Below are positions 18,528-27,735 of a DNA stretch of 29,572 nt, one piece after another. Every line of letters begins with the position of its first letter. Position 1 is the first letter of the stretch. Where the stretch lies: NCBI GenBank assembly GCA_013375475.1, contig JABXKD010000046.1, forward strand, positions 1 to 29,572. Reading direction: 5' to 3'. The position numbers were made by a program, and so were the translations under genes. The stretch is from Promethearchaeota archaeon. Its GTDB lineage: Archaea; Asgardarchaeota; Lokiarchaeia; Sigyniarchaeales; SOKP01. The notes under the pieces are model-generated. The model was not told where the DNA came from, ran no database searches, and saw nothing but the letters and a program-made list of their open reading frames with translations.

Positions 18528-18626
18528 TTATTGAGTTTCTCCATACTTCTCTTTCCAGATTTGATCGTTAATTTGTAATTCCCTTCTCTGGACTTTCCCA
18601 ACAATAGATTTAGGGTTTTCATTCAT
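18528..18626 (-). pseudogene. Remnant 3' end of an acyl-CoA ligase paralogue
   Basis: 18528-18620 matches 21608-21700 at 83 of 93 nt by hand count, with the first 33 nt identical. Encodes MNENPKSIVGKVQRRELQINDQIWKEKYGETQ* versus EIPKSMVGKVQRRELQINDPIWKEKYGETQ*. Confidence 0.85.
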
Positions 18627-18654
18627 AATTTCGTTTTAAATTTGGTTTGGTGAG

Positions 18655-18717
18655 ATGTGGCTAACCTTCTAAAAGTAAATATCATTTATATTTTCAATTT
18701 ACTTTTTCCAAACACAT
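18655..18717 (-). promoter_or_regulatory. Candidate non-canonical SECIS element in the 3' UTR of 18724-19191
   Basis: The minus strand reads AUGUG-UUUG-GA-AAAAGUAAAU-UGAAAAUAUAAAUGAU-AUUUACUUUU-A-GA-AGGUUAGC-CACAU. This gives a perfect 10-bp upper stem flanked by GA on both sides (one extra A), AAAA in the loop, and a 5-bp lower stem. The 5' core is UGGA rather than AUGA. Confidence 0.6.
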
Positions 18718-18723
18718 TTTTTA

Positions 18724-19191
18724 TTATATTTTCTCTAATATTTCAAATATTTTTTCATTTTTAGGAATATCTTGCATGCTATCTCCATAATAAGCGAATT
18801 GAATAATACCTTGCTTATCAACGATTAACATTCCAGGCATCCTTCCTCCTTTGGATAACTTTATCTCTTGATTCAGCATTTTTGGCACTTTTTTTGAGGG
18901 ATCATAGAAAATTGGATATTTTCGAGCATATTTTTCTTCTAGCTTCTTCGCATTTTTTTCAGAATCTGCTAAGATCGGATATATATAGGTTTCCAATTCT
19001 TCGAATTTTTCATAATCTTTTCTTAAATGTGCTGCGTGCCATCTACAGTAAGGTCAATTGATATTTCGAAACAATACGACGACAACTTTCTTCTTGCCTT
19101 CGAGAGCTCTTATATTTATTGTTTCTCCTCTCGAATTTGGTAATGAAAACTCTTGGATTTTCTCACCAACGATTTGAAATTTATCTTTCAT
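18724..19191 (-). CDS. Peroxiredoxin-like (AhpC/TSA) selenoprotein, Sec at codon 46 (UxxC)
   Basis: ATG at 19191 reads MKDKFQIVGEKIQEFSLPNSRGETINIRALEGKKKVVVVLFRNIN[TGA 19056-19054]PYCRWHAAHLRKDYEKFEEL... in frame with the listed 18724-18996 ORF, 155 aa in total. The TGA sits at the first Cys of a CPYC-type motif. Confidence 0.92.
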
Positions 19192-19408
19192 TTAATCTCA
19201 CAGATTATTGTTTTTCAAAATATTTTATAGTAGAATATAATAAATAAATGCTTCTTATAAGTTATAGATTTAGGAAAAAGGAAAACATCTCCCTTGTAAG
19301 AAATTAATTCACTATAGAACAATTGATTTACTTAGTGTTAATTTATAAAACAATTATTCAATATTAGGATAGAGATAAAAAAATAGATAAGAATTATTTC
19401 TGTATTAA

Positions 19409-20206
19409 TTAAACTCCTTTCCAAACGGGTTTTCTTTTTTCTGAGAAGGCTCTTGGACCTTCGATGAAATCGTGAGACTGACTAAATTTTCCATACAGTG
19501 GGAAAATCGTTGTAAAAGCTGTTCTTAGTGTCATCTCGAGACCGTCGTTTGCCATCTGTTTTATCGCTCGAATAGCTAATGGCGACCCTTGCATAATAAC
19601 ATTCGCCATTTTCTCTGCCTCAATCATTAATTGGTCTAATGGAACCACCTTATTCACAAACCCAAGTTTTACTCCTTCTTGAGCCGAAATACGCTTATAA
19701 GTAAAAAGGATTTCCATCGCTATACGATAAGGTATTTGTCTTACCAATCTATGAACCCCTCCTTCAGTAGGAACTCTTCCTACTAACGGTTCAGGTAAAG
19801 AAAACACCGCGTGCTCAGCAGCGATAATAAGATCGGCACCTAACGCAAGTTCGAAACCTCCACCAAAAGCAAAACCGTTCACTGCAGCGATGACGGGTTT
19901 TGTTATGTTGGGATTAAAAGTTAAACCCCCGGTAACAGCCTTGTATTTAAGTTTACCAAAAGCTTCTCTTTGCTCTTCGATACTAGCAGTAGCCCCCCAT
20001 TTTAAATCAAATCCTGCCGAAAATGCTTTATCTCCTACTCCAGTTACGATAGCAATCCACGCATCTGAGTCATTTTCAAACTCACTAAACACGTCTTCCA
20101 ATTCGATGCTTACATATGGGTTCAGTGCGTTTCTTACTTCTGGTCTGTTTATTCGAACAATCGTAAGATGTTCTTTCTTTTCTACAATTATGTATTTATA
20201 ATCCAA
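19409..20206 (-). CDS. Enoyl-CoA hydratase/isomerase (crotonase family)
   Basis: 265 aa. INRPEVRNAL, FSAGFDLK, KPVIAAVNGFAFGGGFELAL, FSLPE, EGPRAFSEKRKPVW. Confidence 0.93.
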   Translation of the reverse strand: MDYKYIIVEKKEHLTIVRINRPEVRNALNPYVSIELEDVFSEFENDSDAWIAIVTGVGDKAFSAGFDLKWGATASIEEQREAFGKLKYKAVTGGLTFNPNITKPVIAAVNGFAFGGGFELALGADLIIAAEHAVFSLPEPLVGRVPTEGGVHRLVRQIPYRIAMEILFTYKRISAQEGVKLGFVNKVVPLDQLMIEAEKMANVIMQGSPLAIRAIKQMANDGLEMTLRTAFTTIFPLYGKFSQSHDFIEGPRAFSEKRKPVWKGV

Positions 20207-20349
20207 TTTAGTTCACAACCTTTTTTTACTAGTATAATATTTATATTTCCTTCCAAATAGGGTTACTCCTTCTTCTTACAATAAATTATAATATTGAATA
20301 ACAATTTTTTTATATAACTTACTATAATAATCTGTTAGAATTTAGGGTA

Positions 20350-21531
20350 TTGAAAAATATGACCATTCAAGAGTTAGAAGCTTTATTTAAAAAAATGCTG
20401 AAGGACCAAGAGGAAGTAACTAAAAAAGATGAAATCTATCTTGAAGATATTAAAGATTTTTCACTGAAACTGAATTTGGAAATCTTAGATCTTAGAGCTT
20501 ATCAAATTTTCGAAAAAGATAACTATTCTTATAAATTTGGTGAGGTATTAGACAAGCCAGATATGACGATAACTATTAGCGATCCTGCTCCCGCTCGTAA
20601 ATTTCTAAGTGGAGAAAAAGTATTCTATATACCTGTACATCAAGTGGAATATAAGGGAATGATCGAATTTGATTATGTCACCTCATTTGAGCAAATAACT
20701 ACCGATGAGGGGAAAAAAAAAAAAGAAATTACAAAAGCACCTTTTGCTGTTGCCCGATTTGACGAGGACAAAACTTATCATCCTTTTTTCTTAGGAAAAT
20801 TGCCTATGTTCCGAACATATAGAGAGGATGATTCTAATGCAACTGTAAAAAATTATGGATCGTATGTTCCAATAAATCAATCGCTTGGGACATATGAGAA
20901 TCAAGTCATACCATATAAGGTATTCAAACACTTTATTGATAAAGCGGACGGCATCGTCGTGGAAGATATCTGCGGATGTAGATTAAAAAATGAATGTAAA
21001 CACCACGATGTTTCCATTGGTTGTATGCATATTGGAAGCGAAACTAAGAATATTGATCTAGAAGATTTAGAATGGGGTATGAATGAAAATGTTCCCGGAC
21101 GATTTACAACGAAGGAAGAAGCATTAGAAAGAGTAAGGCTTGCTATTGAAGATGGATTAATCCCTTTACTGGGAAGGATAAATCCTACAGGCCATCTGAT
21201 GTCCATGTGTTTCTGCTGCTCATGCTGTTGTGTTAACGGAAGGTCTATTACCTACGGTCCTTCCACTCCAAAAATGTTTAGGCGAATTGAGGGATTAACT
21301 GTTGAAGTAGATCCTGAAGTGTGTGTTGGATGTGGGGATTGTCTCGAAGTGTGCGTCTTTAAGGGGATGGAGATGATCGACGACAAAGCACGGGTAAACC
21401 AGAAGAGATGCTTAGGGTGTGGAAGGTGTGAAACGGTCTGCCCAAATGGGGCAATTTCGATCGAGTTTGATGATTCTACAAGAGTTGAAGGTTTAATTGA
21501 CAAACTCGAAACATATGTAGACGTAAGCTAA
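20350..21531 (+). CDS. 4Fe-4S binding protein with Cys-rich middle domain and putative N-terminal SCP2-like domain
   Basis: C-terminal CVGCGDCLEVC and CLGCGRCETVCP ferredoxin motifs, plus CGCR..C and MCFCCSCCC. The N-terminal G.VLDKPDMTITIS......FLSGE is SCP2-like. Start may be ATG 20359. Confidence 0.82.
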   Translation: MKNMTIQELEALFKKMLKDQEEVTKKDEIYLEDIKDFSLKLNLEILDLRAYQIFEKDNYSYKFGEVLDKPDMTITISDPAPARKFLSGEKVFYIPVHQVEYKGMIEFDYVTSFEQITTDEGKKKKEITKAPFAVARFDEDKTYHPFFLGKLPMFRTYREDDSNATVKNYGSYVPINQSLGTYENQVIPYKVFKHFIDKADGIVVEDICGCRLKNECKHHDVSIGCMHIGSETKNIDLEDLEWGMNENVPGRFTTKEEALERVRLAIEDGLIPLLGRINPTGHLMSMCFCCSCCCVNGRSITYGPSTPKMFRRIEGLTVEVDPEVCVGCGDCLEVCVFKGMEMIDDKARVNQKRCLGCGRCETVCPNGAISIEFDDSTRVEGLIDKLETYVDVS

Positions 21532-21607
21532 TTCTCTAAGAAGTCTCCTATAAGCTCAATGGTTCATCTTTTTATTTCTAATAACATAATTACAAAAAAA
21601 AAAGGAA

Positions 21608-23368
21608 TTATTGAGTTTCTCCATACTTCTCTTTCCAGATAGGATCGTTTATTTGTAATTCCCTTCTTTGTACTTTACCAACCATAGATTTTGGGATCTC
21701 TTCAATAATATCTATTAGTTTTGGGCATTTGTAATGCGTAATATTTTCTTTACTCCACGCGATAAGCTCATCTGAAGTAATTTTACCCACTGATTCGTCA
21801 TGTAGTTGAACCCATGCTTTTACTATTTCTCCTGTCTCAACATCTGGTAGCCCAGCAACAGCTACTTCCATTACAGCAGAGTGGGATCCTAATAAATCTT
21901 CTACTTCTTTTGGAAAAACGGAATAACCTTTATACTTAATCATCTGTTTCTTTCTATCCCTAATAACCATTTGTCCATTTTTGTCCATATACCCAATATC
22001 CCCTGTTAAACACCAGATTCGCCCTTCAAACTCCTTTAGAGTTTCTGACGTAGCTTCAGGTCTATTTAAATAACCTTTCATTACCTGTGGACCGCATACA
22101 CAGATTTCTCCAGTATTTTCTATTCCATAACCCTTTATTTGTCCTTTATTGAAATCCTCTGAATCGAATATTGCCCATTCAGTACCAGGTAATGGTAAAC
22201 CAATAGTGCCAGGGGTATCAGTTCCATCAAATGGACCTATACTTACAGCAGTCGTACATTCAGTAAGGCCATAAGCCTCAACAAGAGTTCCATTACTGAC
22301 AGCTTCAAACGCATCCTTTACGGGTTTATGAAGCGGTCCCGCGCCACTAACACACAAACGAAACATATTTTCCAATTTAGGTTCGGGATTTTCTTTCAAA
22401 TAACGAGTTAAACCAATGAATAGATTTTCAACTCCCGGTAAAATAACTCCCCCTTCAGGACCAACCTCTATAATCATATCTACAACTTCTTTTAAGTCAA
22501 GTTCTCTTTTTGCGTAAAGTATGTTAAAGTCTCCTCCTTCTATTACCACATTTTGAACAATCGTCATTCCAAAAGCGTGGAATATAGGTAAAATGCCGAC
22601 ACATGCCATAGGATGGGAAGCGTCAGGCATCCATATTACGTTTTGCTTAGCGTTCGTCACACAATTATAGTGTGTGATAATGGCTGGTTTGGGAACGCCT
22701 GTAGTTCCTCCCGTCATTAAGTAAACAGCAGTATCGTTTAAAGGATCGATTTCGACTTCCGGAATGTCAATTTCACCACGTTTTTGGCATACATCAAGGA
22801 AATTAATAGCCCCAGGAACTTCTCCTTTAGGAATTGTTCCATCCGCAATTAATTGTTCTTTAACAGCAGGAGGAATAGCTGCTAAATCGACGATACATGT
22901 CGAAATAACAAATTCAAACTTATATTTTTCTTGTATAGGTTTAATTAAACCATACATAACATCCATACAAATAAGTCCCTTTGGTTTTACTTGTTCGAGT
23001 ACATGGAGAATTTCTAAAGGTTTATATGTGGGGTTAATCGGGATTACGATTCCTCCTAATTTAACAGTCGCAAAATAGCCCATTGTAAATTGGAAACAAT
23101 TTGGTAGCAAAATTGCCACAACATCCCCTTTTTTTACTCCTAGTCGTGATAAAGATGTAGCGAGAGAATCCGTATATTTTCGCAATACTCTATAATTCAT
23201 AGATGTTTTTGAGAAGTACATAGCCTTATTTTTAGCAAATTCATCAGTTTTTTGATCGAACCAATCTCCTAAACTAATAACTGGAAACTCTGGATGCTTT
23301 GGGACGCCATCCTGGTATTTCTTAAACCATGGTTTCTTATCGTCAACATACCACTTAGGTACTGTCAT
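21608..23368 (-). CDS. Long-chain fatty acid-CoA ligase (AMP-forming, FadD-like)
   Basis: 586 aa. MTGGTTGVPK, EAYGLTE, GPQVMKGY, TGDIG, DRKKQMIK, PKSMVGKV. Confidence 0.93.
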   Translation of the reverse strand: MTVPKWYVDDKKPWFKKYQDGVPKHPEFPVISLGDWFDQKTDEFAKNKAMYFSKTSMNYRVLRKYTDSLATSLSRLGVKKGDVVAILLPNCFQFTMGYFATVKLGGIVIPINPTYKPLEILHVLEQVKPKGLICMDVMYGLIKPIQEKYKFEFVISTCIVDLAAIPPAVKEQLIADGTIPKGEVPGAINFLDVCQKRGEIDIPEVEIDPLNDTAVYLMTGGTTGVPKPAIITHYNCVTNAKQNVIWMPDASHPMACVGILPIFHAFGMTIVQNVVIEGGDFNILYAKRELDLKEVVDMIIEVGPEGGVILPGVENLFIGLTRYLKENPEPKLENMFRLCVSGAGPLHKPVKDAFEAVSNGTLVEAYGLTECTTAVSIGPFDGTDTPGTIGLPLPGTEWAIFDSEDFNKGQIKGYGIENTGEICVCGPQVMKGYLNRPEATSETLKEFEGRIWCLTGDIGYMDKNGQMVIRDRKKQMIKYKGYSVFPKEVEDLLGSHSAVMEVAVAGLPDVETGEIVKAWVQLHDESVGKITSDELIAWSKENITHYKCPKLIDIIEEIPKSMVGKVQRRELQINDPIWKEKYGETQ

Positions 23369-23474
23369 TTTTAAAAGCTTTTTAAAATTAGAATTTTTAA
23401 ATTAATGTGCATATATTTGATTCTGAGCTATATAAATCTATTTTTAAAACTGAAAAAAGAGCTCAAACAACTCT

Positions 23475-24926
23475 TTAAAGTTCTTCCAATAAAATTCTGT
23501 CTTTTTCTATGATTTGCTTATTATAATAGGAATCTTTGGAAAGTTTTACCTTTTTGACGAAGAAAAATGCGATGAGATAAAAAACACCTATAGAAATGAA
23601 TAGAATAACAATCACATCTGGATTTTTTTCGTTTGGGCCAGACAGAATGCTCCCTACAAACATCGAAGCGAAAGCAGGTCCCATCGATCGTACGAATGAT
23701 GCTAAACCATAATAGGATCCAGAGATTTTAGACATTGCTTCATCAATATTATCTGAATTACCATTTCCAGCGGCTTCGTGAACAAGTGAGGCTGTTATTG
23801 GTATACTAAACAGAGGGAATGCATACATAGACCCTAACACTATACTCCATGTAAAAATGTATATTATCAATTTAACACCAAACTGAAGCTCAAAAAAGAA
23901 AAATACTTCCGCAAATGAAGCTATAATAGCGAGTAATATACAAATTGAGTAGGATTTAAGGATATGATTTCTTTTTAGAATTCTTTTCCACAAAAAGAAC
24001 CAGAAAAATTTCCCAAAAATGGAAATTAGAATATAAATAAAAAACTGTGACTCTTGAAATTCCATCTTATACGTTTGAAAGGGAAATACTAATAATCCTA
24101 ATATTTTTCCGCTAACACCAATAAAAAATCCTGATATCATCAATTTAACGAAGTTTATATCTTTTGCAGGAATTGACATACGCATAAATGCTTCCTTAAT
24201 CTTAACTCTCTCGTAATTCAGATTAGAATTATTATGATAGAAGCTTTCATCAACTGAAATAAAAATTATTATTACAGTAATCAAACCAAAAATTGTAAAG
24301 ATGATTCCTACTAAAGGAATGTATAGTAAAAGAATTTCTCCAGATGGTTGCCACCATTCCACATTTCCAGGATCACTTAATAAACTCTCAATGATTGAAG
24401 GAAGGAGTAGAGCTAAGACTGAAGCGATAATAGAAAAAGCAGATCTAAGTGAGGCAACTTTTTCTCGGTTCTTTAGCGTTTGTGATTGCTCAGGGAGCAT
24501 GGAAATATAAACATTGAATATAAGTGCTCTAAAGATTGTCCGAACCATAGTTACACTCCAGAAAAAAATTGTAGTGGGGATGTATAAGGAATTATCTTGG
24601 GGACAAAGTGGTGGAAACCATATCAAAACCGTAGTAATACACCAGACAGGCAAACCAATCAACAAAAATGGGCGTCTTTTTCCTAATTTTCCTGGCTTTT
24701 TATTATCTATGATAACTCCAAATATAATGGCAGCAATAGCACCAACGATTAGTTGCGAGGTGACTCCTATTGATACCAGAAGGGCATTTAGGTTAACTGT
24801 ATAAACATAAAATTGGAATAAGAATATCCCTGTAAACATATTAGGAAGAGTAAAACCCAAATCTCCGAGAGAATATCCAAATAATCGTTTTCCATGCAGC
24901 TCTCGGGGAGGTGTGATTGTACTCAT
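23475..24926 (-). CDS. MFS transporter, GPH/MelB-like family
   Basis: GYSLGDLG, D...GKLGKRRPFLL, SGSYYG and about 12 TM segments. The ORF track start is 24956, but ATG of MSTITPP (24926) is more plausible. Confidence 0.85.
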   Translation of the reverse strand: MSTITPPRELHGKRLFGYSLGDLGFTLPNMFTGIFLFQFYVYTVNLNALLVSIGVTSQLIVGAIAAIIFGVIIDNKKPGKLGKRRPFLLIGLPVWCITTVLIWFPPLCPQDNSLYIPTTIFFWSVTMVRTIFRALIFNVYISMLPEQSQTLKNREKVASLRSAFSIIASVLALLLPSIIESLLSDPGNVEWWQPSGEILLLYIPLVGIIFTIFGLITVIIIFISVDESFYHNNSNLNYERVKIKEAFMRMSIPAKDINFVKLMISGFFIGVSGKILGLLVFPFQTYKMEFQESQFFIYILISIFGKFFWFFLWKRILKRNHILKSYSICILLAIIASFAEVFFFFELQFGVKLIIYIFTWSIVLGSMYAFPLFSIPITASLVHEAAGNGNSDNIDEAMSKISGSYYGLASFVRSMGPAFASMFVGSILSGPNEKNPDVIVILFISIGVFYLIAFFFVKKVKLSKDSYYNKQIIEKDRILLEEL

Positions 24927-25064
24927 ATTAAAAACAAGTTTGGTGTTTGGTATCAAAAAGGTGTATAACTGATATAGTTTGCGTTAAGACTTTTTTTTAT
25001 GATATTAGAACGAAAATAGAATCACTACCGTATTATTTTTTAATATAAAAAGTAATTAGTAACT

Positions 25065-26285
25065 TCAATTACTTCTAAAAGCACCACAACAACTTTTGAA
25101 TTTGTTTCCGCTACCACAAGGACATAACTCATTTCTCCCAAATTTGGGAAATTTAAATGGATAAGGCTCTGTTAAGTTATTTTCTTTTTTAAAATTGTCA
25201 GCAATAATTTTAAAACGAGGAAGGGTTCTTGTATAAAAAATCCTCCAACCTTGACTTAGGCTACTTAAGTGCTTTGAATGATTTGGTGCTCCATATCTGA
25301 ATTTTTGGCAATCACCATGACAGAAACTAAGATAAGGACATAAATTACATTCATCATTCCAATTTGCTTTTTGATTTCCAAAAGAACAATAGCGTTGAGA
25401 TTCAAGTAGTTCCTCCCACGAATTATCCAGAATATTTCCTAGTAGGAGATTATCTTGAACAAAAAAATCACATGGATAGACGCCTCCATCGTGTTCTACA
25501 ACAAAATATTGAACGCAGTTATCTTGCATATAACAAACATTATAACGACCGTATACTAAATACTCTATAATAGAATCGAATAATCTAATGGATACTTTTT
25601 TGACATCTTGCTTGATCCATTCATTGAATAATTCAGTAAGGAAGGTACCCCATTCTCTGCCAGTTATGGAAAAAGGTCTCAAATCACCTTTGTCATCAAA
25701 CTCTACACAAGGAATGTATTGATGAAAGTAAAATTGATTCTCTCGAAGATAGGTATAAATTTCCTTTGCTTTTTTTACAGTTTGATTATTAATTAATGAA
25801 AGTATATTAAATTCTACCCCATATTGCTTGAGATTTTCTATCCCTCGCATAACTAAAGCATGAGTTGGCTTCTGACCAATGGTTTTTCTATAGTAATCGT
25901 GAAGATATTCTGGGCCATCTAAGCTTACTCCAAGTAGGAATTTGTATTCTCCAAAAAACTTAGCCATTTCTTCTGTAATCATTGTTGCGTTAGTTTGAAT
26001 TCCATTACTAATTGATGAACCCGGTGGAGCGTATTTCAGTTGGAATTCTATAACTTTCTTAAAGAAATCTAATCCCATTAAAGTAGGTTCTCCACCTTGC
26101 CACCCAAATGCGTATTGACCATTCTGATTAGTACCCATATAACTTTTTACCATGGTTTCTAATGTTTCGTCAGACATTCGAGGAATTGAACTCTCTTTCT
26201 CTAAATGATCAATGTAAAAACAATACTCACATCTGAGATTGCAATCTGCTGATGCTGGTTTTATTAGTAAGGAAAATGGTTTCAT
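25065..26285 (-). CDS. Anaerobic sulfatase maturase-like radical SAM/SPASM protein with C-terminal SEC-C motif
   Basis: KPASADCNLRCEYCFY, WQGGEPTL, VSLDGP, SPASM Cys (CYMQDNC, YPCDF, CNLC...CHGDC) and GRNELCPCGSGNKFKSCC. Confidence 0.92.
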   Translation of the reverse strand: MKPFSLLIKPASADCNLRCEYCFYIDHLEKESSIPRMSDETLETMVKSYMGTNQNGQYAFGWQGGEPTLMGLDFFKKVIEFQLKYAPPGSSISNGIQTNATMITEEMAKFFGEYKFLLGVSLDGPEYLHDYYRKTIGQKPTHALVMRGIENLKQYGVEFNILSLINNQTVKKAKEIYTYLRENQFYFHQYIPCVEFDDKGDLRPFSITGREWGTFLTELFNEWIKQDVKKVSIRLFDSIIEYLVYGRYNVCYMQDNCVQYFVVEHDGGVYPCDFFVQDNLLLGNILDNSWEELLESQRYCSFGNQKANWNDECNLCPYLSFCHGDCQKFRYGAPNHSKHLSSLSQGWRIFYTRTLPRFKIIADNFKKENNLTEPYPFKFPKFGRNELCPCGSGNKFKSCCGAFRSN

Positions 26286-26361
26286 AAAACTTTATAAAAA
26301 TCGAGAATGATTTAATCTATAATATAAATATATTTTACATAAATTAAAATTACTTTAATAG

Positions 26362-27702
26362 GTGAGTGAAGTTAATAAAGATTTAGTTCCAAAAGAACTG
26401 ACTAAAAAATACTCTCAAAAAGAAATTCGCGAAAAGGAGAAGAGTTTTATAGTTCCTGCCGTTGGTCATTACTTTAAAGAACCATTACTTATAGTAGGGG
26501 GACATGAATCAACCTTAGTAGATGAAAACGGAAAAGAATTTCTTGATCTTTTCTCAGGTATATCTACAACTATTACGGGATATAATCATCCAAAATTTGT
26601 TGAAACATTGAAGTGGCAAGCGGAAAATTTAGTATATACTAGTAATTTGTATTCTACAGTACCATACGCTGTACTCGCCGAAAAATTGGCAGGAATAGCT
26701 CCAGATGGTTTAAAAAAATCTTTTCTTCTAAGTAGCGGTTCGGAAGCTAACGAAGCTGCCCTTTTTATGGCAAAAAAGTATAAAAATAGTCCCTATATAA
26801 TAGCTTGTACGCGAGCATATCATGGTCGAACTACTTTAGCTCGCGAAATCTCTAGCGCAGGGTGGAGAACTGTTCCTGAAAGTCATCCGTCTGGAGTTCG
26901 ATTTACACCTTACGGGTATTGTTATAGATGCTTATTTGGAAAATCATATCCTGAGTGCGATATGGAATGTGCTCATTATCTACGAGAAGTTATAAAGACA
27001 CAAACTAATAATTCTATTGCTGCCTTCATAGTTGAACCCATTCAAGGTGTTGGTGGCATCATCCAAGCTCCTAATGAGTTTTTTAAAATCACTCATGAAA
27101 TAGTTAAGGAATTCGATGGTTTATTTATCTCAGATGAAGTTCAGACCGGTTTTGGACGAACAGGAACAAAGTGGTGGGGGATACAACACAGTAATGTGAA
27201 TCCAGATATTATAACAATGGCAAAAAGCTTTGCTAGCGGAGTTCCTATAGCAGGGTTCATAACTCGTCCGGAATATGCCGCGGAATACACACAAACTGAT
27301 TCCTTTACAACATTTGGAGGTAATCCACTATCATGTTCAGCTGCTATAGCGGTTATAGATATAATTCAAGAAGAAAACTATCTTGAGAAAGCAGCTTCGC
27401 TAGGAGAATATCTTAAAAAGCAACTTATTACACTTAAAGAAGATCATGAACTTATAGGTGAGGTAAGAGGACAGGGAATAATGCTGGGTGTAGAACTCGT
27501 AAAAAATGAAACTACTAAAGAACCGGCTTCAGAAGAGATGATATTAGTTATGGAAGAGTGTAAGAATAATGGCCTACTTATCGGAAAAGGAGGCTTAGAT
27601 GGTAACGTTATTCGTATACAACCACCACTTGCTTTGAAGCGAGAAGAAACTAACAGAGCTTGTAATATTCTTGACAAAGCATTAACTAAAGTAGAGAAAT
27701 AA
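26362..27702 (+). CDS. Class III PLP aminotransferase (AGXT2/beta-alanine/4-aminobutyrate type)
   Basis: 446 aa. SGSEANE, YHGRT, EPIQGVGG, DEVQTGFGRTG, MAK (PLP lysine), TFGGNP. Confidence 0.92.
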   Translation: MSEVNKDLVPKELTKKYSQKEIREKEKSFIVPAVGHYFKEPLLIVGGHESTLVDENGKEFLDLFSGISTTITGYNHPKFVETLKWQAENLVYTSNLYSTVPYAVLAEKLAGIAPDGLKKSFLLSSGSEANEAALFMAKKYKNSPYIIACTRAYHGRTTLAREISSAGWRTVPESHPSGVRFTPYGYCYRCLFGKSYPECDMECAHYLREVIKTQTNNSIAAFIVEPIQGVGGIIQAPNEFFKITHEIVKEFDGLFISDEVQTGFGRTGTKWWGIQHSNVNPDIITMAKSFASGVPIAGFITRPEYAAEYTQTDSFTTFGGNPLSCSAAIAVIDIIQEENYLEKAASLGEYLKKQLITLKEDHELIGEVRGQGIMLGVELVKNETTKEPASEEMILVMEECKNNGLLIGKGGLDGNVIRIQPPLALKREETNRACNILDKALTKVEK

Positions 27703-27735
27703 CATAATAAATAAAAAAATATAGTTGAAGTTAAG

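Noticed and set aside
25065-25067. TGA stop of the radical SAM gene as a possible Sec codon
   Set aside because: The SEC-C motif is already complete before it and no SECIS-like element is evident downstream.
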